A stretch of DNA of 63,481 bases, filler included, from Octopus bimaculoides (GCF_001194135.2; 5 parts of 4 records of this genome joined end to end with filler, not necessarily neighbours in it); one strand, 5' to 3'. Counted from the whole stretch's first letter, positions 12,019 to 24,276 are shown. Notes: generated from the sequence alone by a model not told the origin. Numbers and translations: made by a program.

Positions 12019-12543
12019 GCACACATAGCCACATATATATACATAGACACATATATAACTGACCTACATGGATGAGAATTCATGAATAAAAATAGCTCAT
12101 ATTATATAAATTAAACATAATGTAGAGTGAGCTCAATTTGCAACAAGTTATATACTTAATATAGGTATATTCATGAATTTCCTTAGGTTTTACATTTACG
12201 CTTTAAATGTGTATCTATATACACAAGATGTGATCTATTTCTAGCGCATTAATTGTCCACGTCAGTGGTCGACGTTATTTTTTTAAATGTACCTTAATCC
12301 CCTGAGATTGCAGATAATATTTCTAAATCTCTTTGATTCTTTAGATGTGCTGGCCTACTGATAATTAGTCGATATTAATTAATATATGACTAATTACCAG
12401 ATTTTATAATAATATTTTACCCATTGCCCATGTTCTCATACTGAATATATAAGACGCAGTAAATATTTTCTGCGGATATATTCCTGGAATTAGCGCGCCA
12501 AAACGAAGACTTTTGAATTTTACCATTAAACTGTAATTAGCAG

Positions 12544-12641
12544 AACCATATGCACGCGCACCAATGGCGGTGGGCAACTCTGTATACGATTCTGATGATT
12601 ACGGTTCATTACAAATCAGGCTGATGAGGAATAGACAAATG
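12544..12641 (+). CDS. Candidate exon (98 nt, phase 1 to 0): PYARAPMAVGNSVYDSDDYGSLQIRLMRNRQM
   Basis: Tandem acceptor tag/cag at 12540/12543, donor ATG|GTAAGA, one fully open frame. Phase does not follow exon E directly, so an exon may be missing in a gap. Confidence 0.35.
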
Positions 12642-13629
12642 GTAAGAATTTGTTAAATCCGAAACTAGTTCCTGTTTAAGAATGCTTTTTTAGGTGATTT
12701 TAAATGTCTTGCCCGCTCACGTTTTTGGTATGCTGCTATATTTCATGTTGAGAACAATTTAGGTCTTAATAGACACAAGATGTGATCTATTTCTAGCGCA
12801 TTAATTGTCAGCGTTAGTGGTCGACGTTATTTTTTAATAACGATAGAGATATTAAATCGCGGTTACAAACCACATACTGGAATTTACAATTACAGATAAG
12901 ATAATGCAAACTCACTAAAGAATTCCAGGATCAAAAAAGCGCAATTCATTCATAAATCATCGCTCAAATACAACCGAAAGTCACGAGAGACAGATTTGCA
13001 ATTTTAAAATTACTATTCAACACATGTTACAGCCCCCAAATCTCCTACGTCTTTGATGCTAGATTAGCAACTCGGCACCATCACATGTTTTCTACCGATG
13101 AAGTGTTATCAAGCCTAACATAAAGAGATAAACCAGAAACTGATTTATTTTGGTTTCATTAATTCTGTTTTCAATCCATTTCAATTTGCATTGAATTGAC
13201 TGTTGAACAAAATGAGTTTTAACCTTAAACTACACTACTCATGCACACATATACACTTACACACTCTCACGAACATACATACATACATACATCAAATTAC
13301 TCACTAGGCTCGACGTTGCTTATCTTTGGTGATCGGACGAGAACCGGTGCTCTCAGCGTGATGTGGCCGAATATACGATCATTTATTACTAATCACGACA
13401 AATGTTTCGACACACGTGGCATCGATCCTTTATGGCTGAGGCACTCAACAACTGGTGCAAATGTATCTCGTCGGGTGATAACTAAATACAAGTCATTAAA
13501 ATAACTACTCCGCAATGTAACTTCCCGTTTTGTAGAAAGAAATGCAGCCAGATGGAGGAAATAACTTCATTTATATTGAAGATCAAAAATAAAATCACCG
13601 GTGGCAAAAAGAGAAACGAACACACGAGT

Positions 13630-13711
<82 letters not shown>

Positions 13712-14019
13712 TATATATATACGTACATAGGTGTGTATAGATAAGTTTAATTTGAAATATAAGTATATTTGATTTGAGCTGAGTGAAAAGTCTGTCGCAC
13801 GAATATAATTGTGAGAAAGGAAGTCATTGACTCAATTTTGTACTAGTTCTTATGACACATTCCTTTTCTGATTTGACAATCTATGCAAATGGATAGGTAA
13901 TATTTATCTGAACTTCACGTGGATGTTCTGCTGGAAGAAACTTTACCGTAGTAGAGATCATGAGATAAATTCTCATATAGGCTTTTTGTGCAAAATTTAC
14001 TCTTTTTGATATCGCTAGC

Positions 14020-14130
14020 GGAGAGATAATACCCTACCACCTCCAGTGCCGAGACCACCACGTCACCAGATTTCGACCTTCCTCGGTCTTATCAGTGATG
14101 GGCGCTCGACAACTAGAGACAGCAGTAATT
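14020..14130 (-). mobile_element. Probable Penelope-like element end with decayed hammerhead-like motif
   Basis: Minus strand reads CTGATAA-GACC-gaggaa-GGTC-GAAA; GC-richer island in AT-rich DNA. Confidence 0.35.
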
Positions 14131-15061
14131 TATTTCCACATCAGTGATATATAGAAAATCAAAATCCAATAGGAGAGATTTTCTCATCGTAACTATTGCT
14201 GTAAAATTTGTCCTAACAGAATATACACGTTTGAGGGGGAATAAATATTACTTTTCTGTATCAATACTTCCTCTGTCGCTAATAAATACATGTATGCATA
14301 TGGATGGAATGTGAATTTTAGCTCTCAAATGGCATACAATTATGAAAGTTCTAGAATTTCGTCATTATACACACTGGGAGGGAATATAAGGACAAAAAAC
14401 AATTCTCGCTACTCTGTCAACATGCCAAAGATCAGCATCACAGCATATTGTGGCAGATTTGTAATAAAATCTTGTCTTTCAATACACGGGAGTGACACAC
14501 TACTACGACGAATACGCGATTCGGTTCTCAAAAATGAATCATTGCCACTGTTAAATAGGAAATGCACTAAGTAGTATATGAGAACAAAAGAAGTTTAGAT
14601 AGAAAGATGGAAGCTACGTTGTAACTGCCTTGTTACTGACTAGAGTCCAAAAATTATCTTGTGTTTAATAGAAGGAATATGGCTTAAATTAGAATCTGTT
14701 TTGGATACAGTATATTAACAGACGCTCAGGGAAGGAAAGAAAAGTAGTCTTGCGTTACGAGCCAATCTCTTCTTTAGAAATAGGAGACAGAGGAAAGCCC
14801 AAGAGAAAAGGAAGACAGAGGAAACACACCAGCATTTTATAATTACCGGACGGGAATAGGTGAAGAAAATGCTCTTTCTAATGACAGGAGAGGGTATGTA
14901 TGGGTATGTGCGTGCGAGCTAATGTGTTTGTATGTATGTGTGTGGGTGCATGTCTATGTTGTGTCTGTGTTTGCGTGTGGTGTGTGAGTGCGTCTGTGCG
15001 TGTGCGTGTGTGCATGTGTGTGCGTGAGTATATAAATAAATATATATATGTGTGTGTATGT

Positions 15062-15303
15062 AGGCGTGGATGTGTGGTAAGTAGCTTGCTTACCAACCGC
15101 ATGGTTTCGGGTTCAGTCCCACTGCGCGGTAGCTTGGACAAATGTCATCTACTTTTGTGTGGATTTGGCAGACGGAAACTGAAAGAAGCCTGTCGTATAT
15201 ATATATATATATATANNNNNNNNNNNNNNNNNNNNNNNNNNNNNNNNNNNNNNNNNNNNNNNNNNNNNNNNNNTCTCTCTGTCTCTGTCTCTCTCTGTCT
15301 CTG

Positions 15304-15377
<74 letters not shown>

Positions 15378-15596
15378 TATATGCGTGTGTGTGTTTGTGT
15401 GTGTGTGTGTGTGTGTGTCCACCACCGATTGACAACCGAGACTGGTGTCTTTACGTCCCCGTAACGTAGCGGTTCGGCCGAAAGAATAAGTACAAGGCTT
15501 ACAAAGAATAAGTTCTGGGGTCGATTTGTTCGACTAAAGGTAGTGCTCCAGGCTGGCCGCAGTCAAATGACCAAAACAAGCGAATAAAAGAATAAG
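15062..15596 (+). mobile_element. SINE family B, full length with expanded internal microsatellites
   Basis: Head 15062-15195, internal (TA)n/(CT)n/(GT)n with a gap, tail 15417-15596 ending ggccgcagtcaaatgacc...aaaagaataag. Confidence 0.9.
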
Positions 15597-15764
15597 TATA
15601 CGTATGTATGTATGTATGTATGTATGTATGTATACACATGAATGTATATGCATATGTGTGTGTTCTTGATTTGTTTTAGTGCTGCTTTGTTATTTCTGTT
15701 TCCTAAACTCTAACTGCTCATTTTTGTTTTGTTTATTTCTTGTTTTCTTTGTTTTTTTTTACAG

Positions 15765-15868
15765 CAGATTCTATTTCCTCATCAAGACAAAAACGCCACA
15801 TTTTATTCAATGTTATTTTGTTCGATTGCGTCTATATTCCATCATTTACGAAATGTAACGACCCTTGA
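15765..15868 (+). CDS. Candidate terminal exon; phase-1 frame DSISSSRQKRHILFNVILFDCVYIPSFTKCNDP-stop
   Basis: Very strong acceptor (about 40 nt T-rich tract then acag). All three frames are open for 30-38 codons, so the frame is uncertain. Confidence 0.3.
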
Positions 15869-16376
15869 CCAATCAGCTTAAAATACTGTTTGATTATTTG
15901 CCAAGAGATTCGAACTGCAACAATGTTAAGATGCATTTAATATATTTTGTCAGGGATATTAAATAGAGAATAATTCCTGCTTTTGAATCTCTAAAGTATC
16001 AAATAGGCTTCTATAATTGCACAAGAAATCTAGAATAATGTGTAGAGCAATATGACAAACATATAACAGTTTGGATAGCATCAACTAGAAACTAATATCA
16101 TTAAGTCGTAAAAATTTGGCAATATAAGCATGCAGGACCATAAATGGTAGGTGAAAAGGGTGGAATATAAAACAAAAACTATTTGGTATCATACGTCGGT
16201 TCGATGGCATAGTGACTATGTAGGAACACTACATATAAGTAATGTGATTAGAACATTCTGGTGGTTAAGCAGTATATTTCGATCCACGGATTTAAATTGT
16301 AAAATAATAATAATATATTCCTTGGACGAAGAGGATATTAGATAATATATGAGGAAAAATATACTTCAAAAATAGG

Positions 16377-16438
<62 letters not shown>

Positions 16439-16819
16439 ACATATAGTAATAATAATAGTGCAAATTTTAGCCATTTCTCCGCAGACTGAAATAGAAACAA
16501 GAAATGAGCACTTTTTATCGAGGTGTTCAAATCATTCTAATAGACTCCTGTAAAACAAGCAGCCAAACTGTTTATATACTCAACAAAAACGGCACTTACT
16601 CTTTGAATGGGTCCCTAATTTGCATACAGGAATTGTTTAACACTCTATAAATGACAGTGGTCTGTCAACAGTGATCTTGGTCCACACAGTATCAAGGTAT
16701 GATGTAATAAATATGTAACATATAGAATGTAATTATATATATANNNNNNNNNNNNNNNNNNNNNNNNNNNNNNNNNNNNNNNNNNNNNNNNNNNNNNNNN
16801 NNNNNNNNNNNNNNNNNNN

Positions 16820-16851
<32 letters not shown>

Positions 16852-17165
16852 GTATGTATATATGTATGTATACGAGATTGAAAGAGCTCATGTTTTTACC
16901 TTTGTAAACACTAACGATATCTGATAATGCATTTGCTTAAATTAATGAAAAACATTTATTAACCGTAAAAATGATAAAGTGAGGTGTAGCTATTAAGTAA
17001 GAACTCCATTCTATTTTATTAAAAAAGAAGAGAAAGCGTTACCATATAACCTTAAAACCGAGACATGTTGAGTAAATATATATTTCAATAGAAATAACAT
17101 AGATTATATTGCAATGTTTCATTATTGATATAAAACAAACAGACACACACACGCATACACACACA

Positions 17166-17220
<55 letters not shown>

Positions 17221-17785
17221 ACACACAAACACGCGCAAACACAAAAGCAGTACAACAAGCTATATGTCCTCCAATGCTGGAAGACAGATATAAATATCAA
17301 GAAATATGGAATTTTGAAAGCATATGAAAACAAAAACTGTAATTTATGTTATAAATCGAAATGGAAATTTAGAAGAGCAAAAACTCTGAGGCTGAATTTT
17401 AAGAGATTACATAAAGAATACATAGGTTTCTGTGTATAGATTTATTTGAAATCAAAGGACGTAAATATATTCCGATAAAACATACAAGTTAAATTAATAT
17501 GATGCATAAATTACCATCAGAGATAAAAGATTATGCATAAAGTGTATGTTTAGTATACAGACATTCAAAACTTACAAACATGAATATATACATCCACACA
17601 AACACACACACTTGTATGTAAATGAAGTATTCAGTCTTTGCTTAAACTTAGTAAAGTAAAATTATGAAAATTTGAAATAAATCCAAATTCTTATTCTCAG
17701 TCGGCTGTAAAGATTAAATAATAGTAATACAAGTAATAAGTAACGTATATGTTAAGAAAGAAATCACTATAGATATTATAATAGC

Positions 17786-17988
17786 GGTTTCGAATTCTGA
17801 CACAAGGCCAGCATTTTCGGAAGAGGAGTAAGTTGATTACATCGACTCCAGTCTTCAAATGGTATTTATTTTTTTGGACCCCCAAAGAATAAGAGGCAAA
17901 TTCAGCCCGGCGGCATTCGAACACGGACGGACAAAATGCGGCTAAGGATTTTTCCCCGTGCGTTAACGGTTCTGTCAGTTCACCGCCT
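17786..17988 (-). mobile_element. SINE family A, diverged
   Basis: Reverse complement of family head and body. Confidence 0.8.
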
Positions 17989-17997
17989 TTTAGGCAT

Positions 17998-18215
17998 TAT
18001 TCTTTTCTACTCTTGGCACAGGGCCCGAAATTTCGTGGGAGGGTGCCAGTTGATTAGATCGACCCCAGTACGCAACTGGTACTTAATTTATCGATACCGA
18101 AAGGATGAAAGGCAAAGTCAACCTCGGCGGAATTTGAACTCAGAACGTAAAGGCAGACGAAATACCTGTAGGCATTTCCCCCAGCGTGCTAAAGTTTCTG
18201 CCAGCTCTCCGCCTT
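17998..18215 (-). mobile_element. SINE family A
   Basis: Clear copy, tandem with the previous one. Confidence 0.9.
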
Positions 18216-18296
18216 AAAATACATTTTAATATTACAATGCCAAAAGGCGCCAAGCCCGTGCAAAGTGCTTACAATTCATTACCAATTGCGAAATTC

Positions 18297-18378
18297 AGTA
18301 CCAGTTGCATACTGAGGTCAGTCTAATCGACTGGCCCCCTTCCCAAAAATGTCGGGCCTTGTGCTTAGAGTAGAAAAT
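18297..18378 (+). mobile_element. SINE family A, 3' part
   Basis: gtaccagttgcatactgagg...aatcgactggcccc...gggccttgtgcttagagtagaaaat. Confidence 0.8.
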
Positions 18379-18391
18379 AATATTAAAATGT

Positions 18392-18658
18392 ATTCTTTTA
18401 CTTGTTTCAGTTATTTTTCTGCTGTCATGCTGGAGCACCGCTATTAGTCGAGAAAATCGACCGCATGACTTATTCTTTGTAAACATAGTACTCATTCTAT
18501 CGGTTCTTTTGCCCGACCGTTAATTAATGGGACGTAAACACACCAACATCGGTCGGCATGTCATAGCCCTCTATAAAATCCATTCACAAAGCCAAAAGTT
18601 ATAGTAGAGGACACTTGGCCAAGGTGCCTTGCTGTGGGACTGAACCCGGCTGCACCAC
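18392..18658 (-). mobile_element. SINE family B, 5'-truncated with the internal microsatellite deleted
   Basis: B box ccgggttcagtccc, head body and tail present on the minus strand. Confidence 0.85.
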
Positions 18659-18659
18659 T

Positions 18660-19435
18660 TCAGCTGAAATTGTTCTGGCTTGTGTGTTGATGTGAAACGA
18701 GCTTGATTTCTGTAGAGAACAGATGGCAGGATGACTAAGCGCTGGGCGAATTCTAAATTTTATGTCACGGTCATTTAGGCAATGAGTTTCCACATCATAT
18801 CATTCCAAATGATAGAGATCCCCGTTGGGTGGGGAGATAAAGCTAGGGCTTCTGCAGCCCATCTCATTAATCAACACCTGTTACGTCATCTTTTTGTTCG
18901 TGATTCACCTCTGGGGAGTCATACAACAATTTCTATCAAATTCTGTTTAGTGATTACAGCGGAAAGCAGTATTCAAGGTGATGATGATAGAAGATGAAGA
19001 AGAGAAGGATAATGGTTGGAACGTCTTTAAACAGAAACATCCTGACAATCCAGGAACATGCCATGCTCTTCATATCGACTCTGCTGTCACTCTGGTCACT
19101 CCAGTGTAACTTGTCGACAGTTACTCAGAGATCCTTCATAATGCTTGATTCCACTAGATTTTCGCCCGCGGGTAGAGTGCATAGTATCTTAAAAGCTGTT
19201 TCTGTAACAAAGTGGATTAATTAATGTTTATTTTCGGTTAAAACATGTTGTGGTTTTACATCCAATGGTTTACAACAAGCAGATCCGATTGAAGATTAGT
19301 GCAGCGTCATCCTTGGTGATAACCTATCGAAGCCTAGAATCATCCGCGAAATTTCTAATGCAGCTGCGTTTGATAATGACAGCGTTATCATTAATGTAAA
19401 TAATGCAAAATGTGGGCCTACATATGTAACACAAA
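18660..19435 (-). mobile_element. CR1/L2-group LINE, decayed RT and C-terminal region
   Basis: Minus strand gives GPTFCIIYINDNAVIIKRSCIRNFADDSRL (GPxLFxxYINDxx...FADD motif), then frameshifted downstream RT-like segments. Confidence 0.8.
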
Positions 19436-19598
19436 CTTACCCATACGCACGTATACATACATAAACACACACACACACATACACGCACACATATATGTAT
19501 ATACATATATGTATATACATATATATATATATAGTATATATGTGTATGTGCATACACACACATAAACACACACATATATATATATGTATATACATATA

Positions 19599-19631
<33 letters not shown>

Positions 19632-19659
19632 TTATGTATGTATACGTGCGTATGGGTAA

Positions 19660-20129
19660 GTGAGCCACTGTTTTGGAATTCATCTTTGAAGGATATCCCC
19701 ATACCATCTAGAAAGGAATATATTTTGAGACTTATTAATAATATTAAAGAATTTATTACTAGAATGGAATGGAAAGCTTATTTTAATAATATTCATAATA
19801 TTACTAATGTTCATGATGTAGATAATTTAAATTACATTAATTCTAAATTTAAATCCAGAAAAGAATCACCGTATAATAGGGATTTACAAATTTTAGAGGA
19901 TAGTATTTGGAAAGTAGTGGAAAATATTAAATTTCATAAATACCCAAATAGACATAATGATTATTTAAGAAATTTAGCCATTAAAATTAAACAATTTAGA
20001 AATATGGATGGTATTATTGTACAATCTGATAAAACTAGGAACTTATATAAACTAGATGTAAAACTATATGATTATTTATTAGAGAAAGAAATTAATAAAA
20101 AATATAAGATAGTTCCAGAAAATACTTTA
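19660..20129 (+). mobile_element. Penelope-like retroelement ORF fragment (region upstream of the RT core)
   Basis: About 155 stop-free codons with SLKDIPIPS, FITRMEWKAYF, FKSRKES and SDKTRNLYKL, matching the SLKNIPIP / KRMRWKA / ADKTRNLY pattern I recall from PLE proteins; cut off by a scaffold join. Confidence 0.8.
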
Positions 20130-20173
20130 NNNNNNNNNNNNNNNNNNNNNNNNNNNNNNNNNNNNNNNNNNNN

Positions 20174-20185
20174 TTAATTAATTAA
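20174..20185. other. Artificial TTAATTAATTAA spacer in an N join (also 38001-38012, 55178-55189, 62200-62211)
   Basis: Identical palindromic 12-mer with stops in all six frames, centred in N runs, four times. Confidence 0.9.
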
Positions 20186-20229
20186 NNNNNNNNNNNNNNN
20201 NNNNNNNNNNNNNNNNNNNNNNNNNNNNN

Positions 20230-20529
20230 AGGAAACCCCAAAATGGCTGAAGTTCAAAAGATAGTGCTCATGGGAACTGCCCATATCCTACGTAAAATAC
20301 TGTCTATGTGATCTCAAATTTTAAAGCAAACACATAATTTTCTTATGGTTTCTTAAACATTCACTTGAACAAAACTGTACAAATCCAAATATATGGTACC
20401 CTAGGCATAACACCTACATAAACTTCTAACCTGTTGTCTCTGGAGGTCTCTGGGTGAGACTTGGATCCAACTTGTACAAATGCAAAACAAAAGTCAAACA
20501 TAAAATAATAATAATAATAATAATAATAA
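20230..20529 (+). mobile_element. R4/Dong-group RLE LINE 3' end with (AAT)n tail
   Basis: GNPKMAEVQKIVLMGTAHILRKILSM-stop (QKxxLxGTAxILRxxL terminus), 3' UTR, then (AAT)8. Confidence 0.85.
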
Positions 20530-21170
20530 ATGCATGGTGCCCTCCACCTTAAGGCAAATGTACACAGGCTCTACATGAAGAGAGGTAATGGTGGACGTGG
20601 ACTGATTAGCGTACGGGAGTGCATCAACAGTGAAAGAAGAAACATGGTAGACTATTTGGTAAACAGCAAACAAGACCTGTTACAGTATGCTGCTAGTGCA
20701 GAAAAGGGACTTGAGAGTGCTCATGAATTCCGAACAAGAACAGGCAACGAGAGAGAAGAAACCCTACTCCGTATGGAATTACATTACATGGTCACTTCCA
20801 CCGTAAAACCAACGAAGACTAGGGAGCATCATGGAGGTGGGTCCAGAAGGATCACTTAAAAATGAATACTGAAAGCCTAATCATCGCAGCCCAGGACCAG
20901 GCATTGAATACCAACTCAGTGAAAAAGACTATATACCACTCAAGTGTATCGAACCTCTGCAGAATATGTGGGAAGAGGGTCGAAAGTGTGACTCACATTG
21001 TTAGTGTTTGTGAAAGTCTTGCGCAGAAAGAGTACAAGTGTAGACACGACGAAGTAGCCCAAAATTTTCACTGGCTACTAAGCTGTAAGTATGAATATGA
21101 GATTACGGGTGCTTGGTACCAACATACACCAGAAAAGGTAATGGACGAAAATAGGAAGGCAAAATAGCCC
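20530..21170 (+). mobile_element. R4/Dong-group RLE LINE fragment, truncated at both ends
   Basis: RLYMKRGNGGRGL, TESLIIAAQDQALNT, CCHC finger CRICGKRVESVTHIVSVC, RHD motif; one frameshift. Confidence 0.9.
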
Positions 21171-21931
21171 TGCCTGGAACAGAACGCGTTCTACAGTTTG
21201 CTTCAATAAAATACTTCAATAATAACAATTTGCTCAACACATAATCAACAAAAATAAAAAAAGGAAACAGTAACATAAAAATAAAAACAAATCTGAATTC
21301 TATGAGAATAACACTCAAAATACTATGAATTATACAATAATTTAAACAACGGAAACCATGCAACACATGCGCAGTGATCACCAGCCAATAAAATTACAGC
21401 TTCTAACCGAGAGCTTCCACAAAATATCCTTGCTGTGCTATAATATATTTTATGATACTGTAAAGCAAACTGAAATGATTAAGGATAACAACAAAAAACA
21501 ACTTCAAAAGCAAAACCGGTAAAATAGACATAATCCATATACCTTTTTAATTCATCAAAAGAGAAAAGTGAGCATACTCATTAATACATCGTCCTGCAGT
21601 GAAAATCACATAAGACATTTTTTGTAAAAACCATCGCGAATAAATGAAAAACAAAGCGTCAAAAATGCCACTTCATCAATGTAAAATTGATGCTAAATTG
21701 AATAAAAACTCTAACTTTATTCCTCATATTCCGCAAACAAAATAAAAAATGCATAAATATATTTGAGAAGAATATGTTCCTATAATACATTCACATTTTA
21801 CGGCTAGATACTCTTTCACGAGGGAAAGACTACCACAATATACGCACGTAGTAAAATATAATGTGATCTAGAATCTCTATGCATCCTGAAAGAAAAGTTA
21901 GTTTAAGAAGGTACATACTTAAAGCCAAGGG

Positions 21932-21980
<49 letters not shown>

Positions 21981-22235
21981 ATTATCCATAAAAATAGAAG
22001 ACCTAAAGGGGGAAACAATTTATTGCTGTAAATGCTTTCATTAAAATAGAAATACACAAATACAGTAAAAGACCTACGTCTATCGAAGGTACACAAAGAT
22101 GTTCTGTGTCATATATAGTAAAAGCAATAGTAATAAAACTACCGGATTATGCCTGCTCGTTGTCCTTAACAACAACAACAACAACAACAGTAATAATATA
22201 CAATAATGAAATAAGTAATGGCTTCTAATATGACC

Positions 22236-22420
22236 AACACTTTTAAGGAAGGGAATTAGTCGATATCATAGACTCCAGTACTTGACTGGTATTCATTTTG
22301 TCGATCCCGAAATGATGAAAAGCAAAGTTGATCTCGGTGGAATTTGAACTCAGAAGTTAATGAGTCGAAAGGTGTGCCGCTAGGCATTTTGTCCAAAGTC
22401 TTAACGGTTCTTTCCAGTTC
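22236..22420 (-). mobile_element. SINE family A
   Basis: Reverse complement of the family body. Confidence 0.85.
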
Positions 22421-22451
22421 AGTATTTTAAAAATAATAACGTAGCAGCGAG

Positions 22452-22509
22452 CGAAATACTGCTAAACATTTCGTCCAGCATGCTAACGATTCTGCCAGTT
22501 CGCCGCCTT
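22452..22509 (-). mobile_element. SINE family A, head only
   Basis: Reverse complement reads ggcggcgaactggcagaatcgttagcatgctggacgaaatg. Confidence 0.85.
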
Positions 22510-22528
22510 AATAGCAATTATAATAATC

Positions 22529-23227
22529 AGAAGAACAAACTACATAAAACACAGAATAGACAGCACAGCATAAAGTGATAAATGCAGAAACTGTGGACAA
22601 AACGGTGAAACCGAATGGCATATTACCAGCCGATGTGCGCCACTAGTCCAGAAGGAATATAAGAGACGCCACGACAATATAGCTAGGCTTGTCCACTGGA
22701 CACTTTGCAACAAGTATGGACTTGACAGAGCAAAAAATTGGTACGACCACAAACCTGAAGTTATCGTCGAAAATAGAAATGCAAAGATCCTATGGGATTT
22801 TATGATTCAGTGCGACCATGAGATAGAGAATAGGAAGCCGGACATAGTCTTAATTGAGAAAGAAAACAAATTATGCTGGATTATAGATATAGCCTGCCCA
22901 TCTGACAACAAGGTATGTGATAAGGAAGAAAGAAAAGTCGATAGATATGACAGGTTAACTTGGGAGGTTAAGCAGTTGTGATTGATGAAAAGGTAGCAGT
23001 TGAACCAATAATTGTCAGAGCCCTGGGGACAGTGAGCAAAATCTCGAGAAGTACGTGGAACAAGTAAGGCCTTCAATAAAGGCGGAGCACTTGCAGAAAA
23101 CAGCACTGCTTGGAACCGCTCGAATACTCCGGAAGGTGCTCGAAATATAAGAGATGTTACCTTAGTTCACTGGTAGTGAACAGCTGACACTGTAGTTCAT
23201 CTCCAGCGTTAGAAGCTGCGCAAAAGC

Positions 23228-23292
<65 letters not shown>

Positions 23293-23320
23293 CAATAATA
23301 ATACTGATAATAATAATAAT
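22529..23320 (+). mobile_element. R4/Dong-group RLE LINE, 5'-truncated with intact 3' end and (AAT)n tail
   Basis: CRNCGQNGETEWHITSRC, RRHDNIA, RKPDIVLIEKENKLCWIIDIAC (PD-D nuclease), LQKTALLGTARILRKVLEI-stop, 3' UTR, (AAT)n 23228-23320. Confidence 0.95.
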
Positions 23321-23323
23321 TAA

Positions 23324-23533
23324 GGCGGTGAGCTGGCAGAAACGTTTGTACGCCGAGCGAAATGCTTAACAGTATTTCGTCTGTCTTTACATTCCGAGTT
23401 CAATTCCGCCGAGGTCTGCTTTGCCTTTCATCCTTTCGGGGTCGATAAATTAAGTATCAGTTGCGTACTAGGGTCGATCTAATCGACTGACTCCCACCCC
23501 AAAAATTTCAGGCCTTGTGCCTGGCGTAGAAAA
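23324..23533 (+). mobile_element. SINE family A inserted at the end of the (AAT)n tail
   Basis: Full head and body. Confidence 0.9.
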
Positions 23534-24276
23534 TAATAATAATAATGATGAGGATGATTCCTTACATTTTTTTGCCCGATGCTCTACCGATTCTACCGAT
23601 GTACCACACTTAGCTAGGTCGCAATGATATTGATACTAATTATTATTAATATCACTAACAAATTTTACATTCTGCTAATTTCGCTGATATTTTTATCTTT
23701 AGTTTTCAGTCCTGAAAACATATCTTCATTCCAACATATTGATAAATTCCATATTTTTTTTGGTTTGTTTATTTTTGTTTGTTTGTTTATTTCTTTCTTT
23801 CTTTTATTTCATCAATTCGTTGATTTCATAGTTTTCGTTTGTTCCTTTATTTTCACTCTTTACCTTTCTTCCATTTTCTTCATCGACCCTGCACCCCCCT
23901 CCTTCATTCTTTTACCACGCCACTCATCCTTTCTTCTTTGTTGTTCACATACCATTCCATTACAATTTTGATAAACACAGGAGAAGACATAAAAAGAGAA
24001 CTGGAGAGAAATTCCTTCTGAACTAAATTTCGATCGTTAATTTCTATAAATTTCTATAAATACTTATTCAACTGTGACGTTATAAAATCTACCAGACCGT
24101 GAAACTTTCCAAACGAAGTCATGCATAATATTCCAAAGATTTACACATCATATTCATGTTCTTCTTATCGTTATTGTTGTAATTATTCTTATTCTTATTC
24201 TCATTCTTATTCCTTGCACTTGCTCTTCTCTTCGCTTTTTGCAACATCATACTTACACCCACATCCGACTTTATAA

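Noticed and set aside
12346-12379. Alternative terminal exon CAGLLIISRY-stop after exon E
   Set aside because: Phase fits and acceptor is fair, but it cannot be told apart from other options or from an exon hidden in a gap.
13536-13592. Possible exon KEMQPDGGNNFIYIEDQK-stop after 12544-12641
   Set aside because: Phase fits but support is one modest acceptor.
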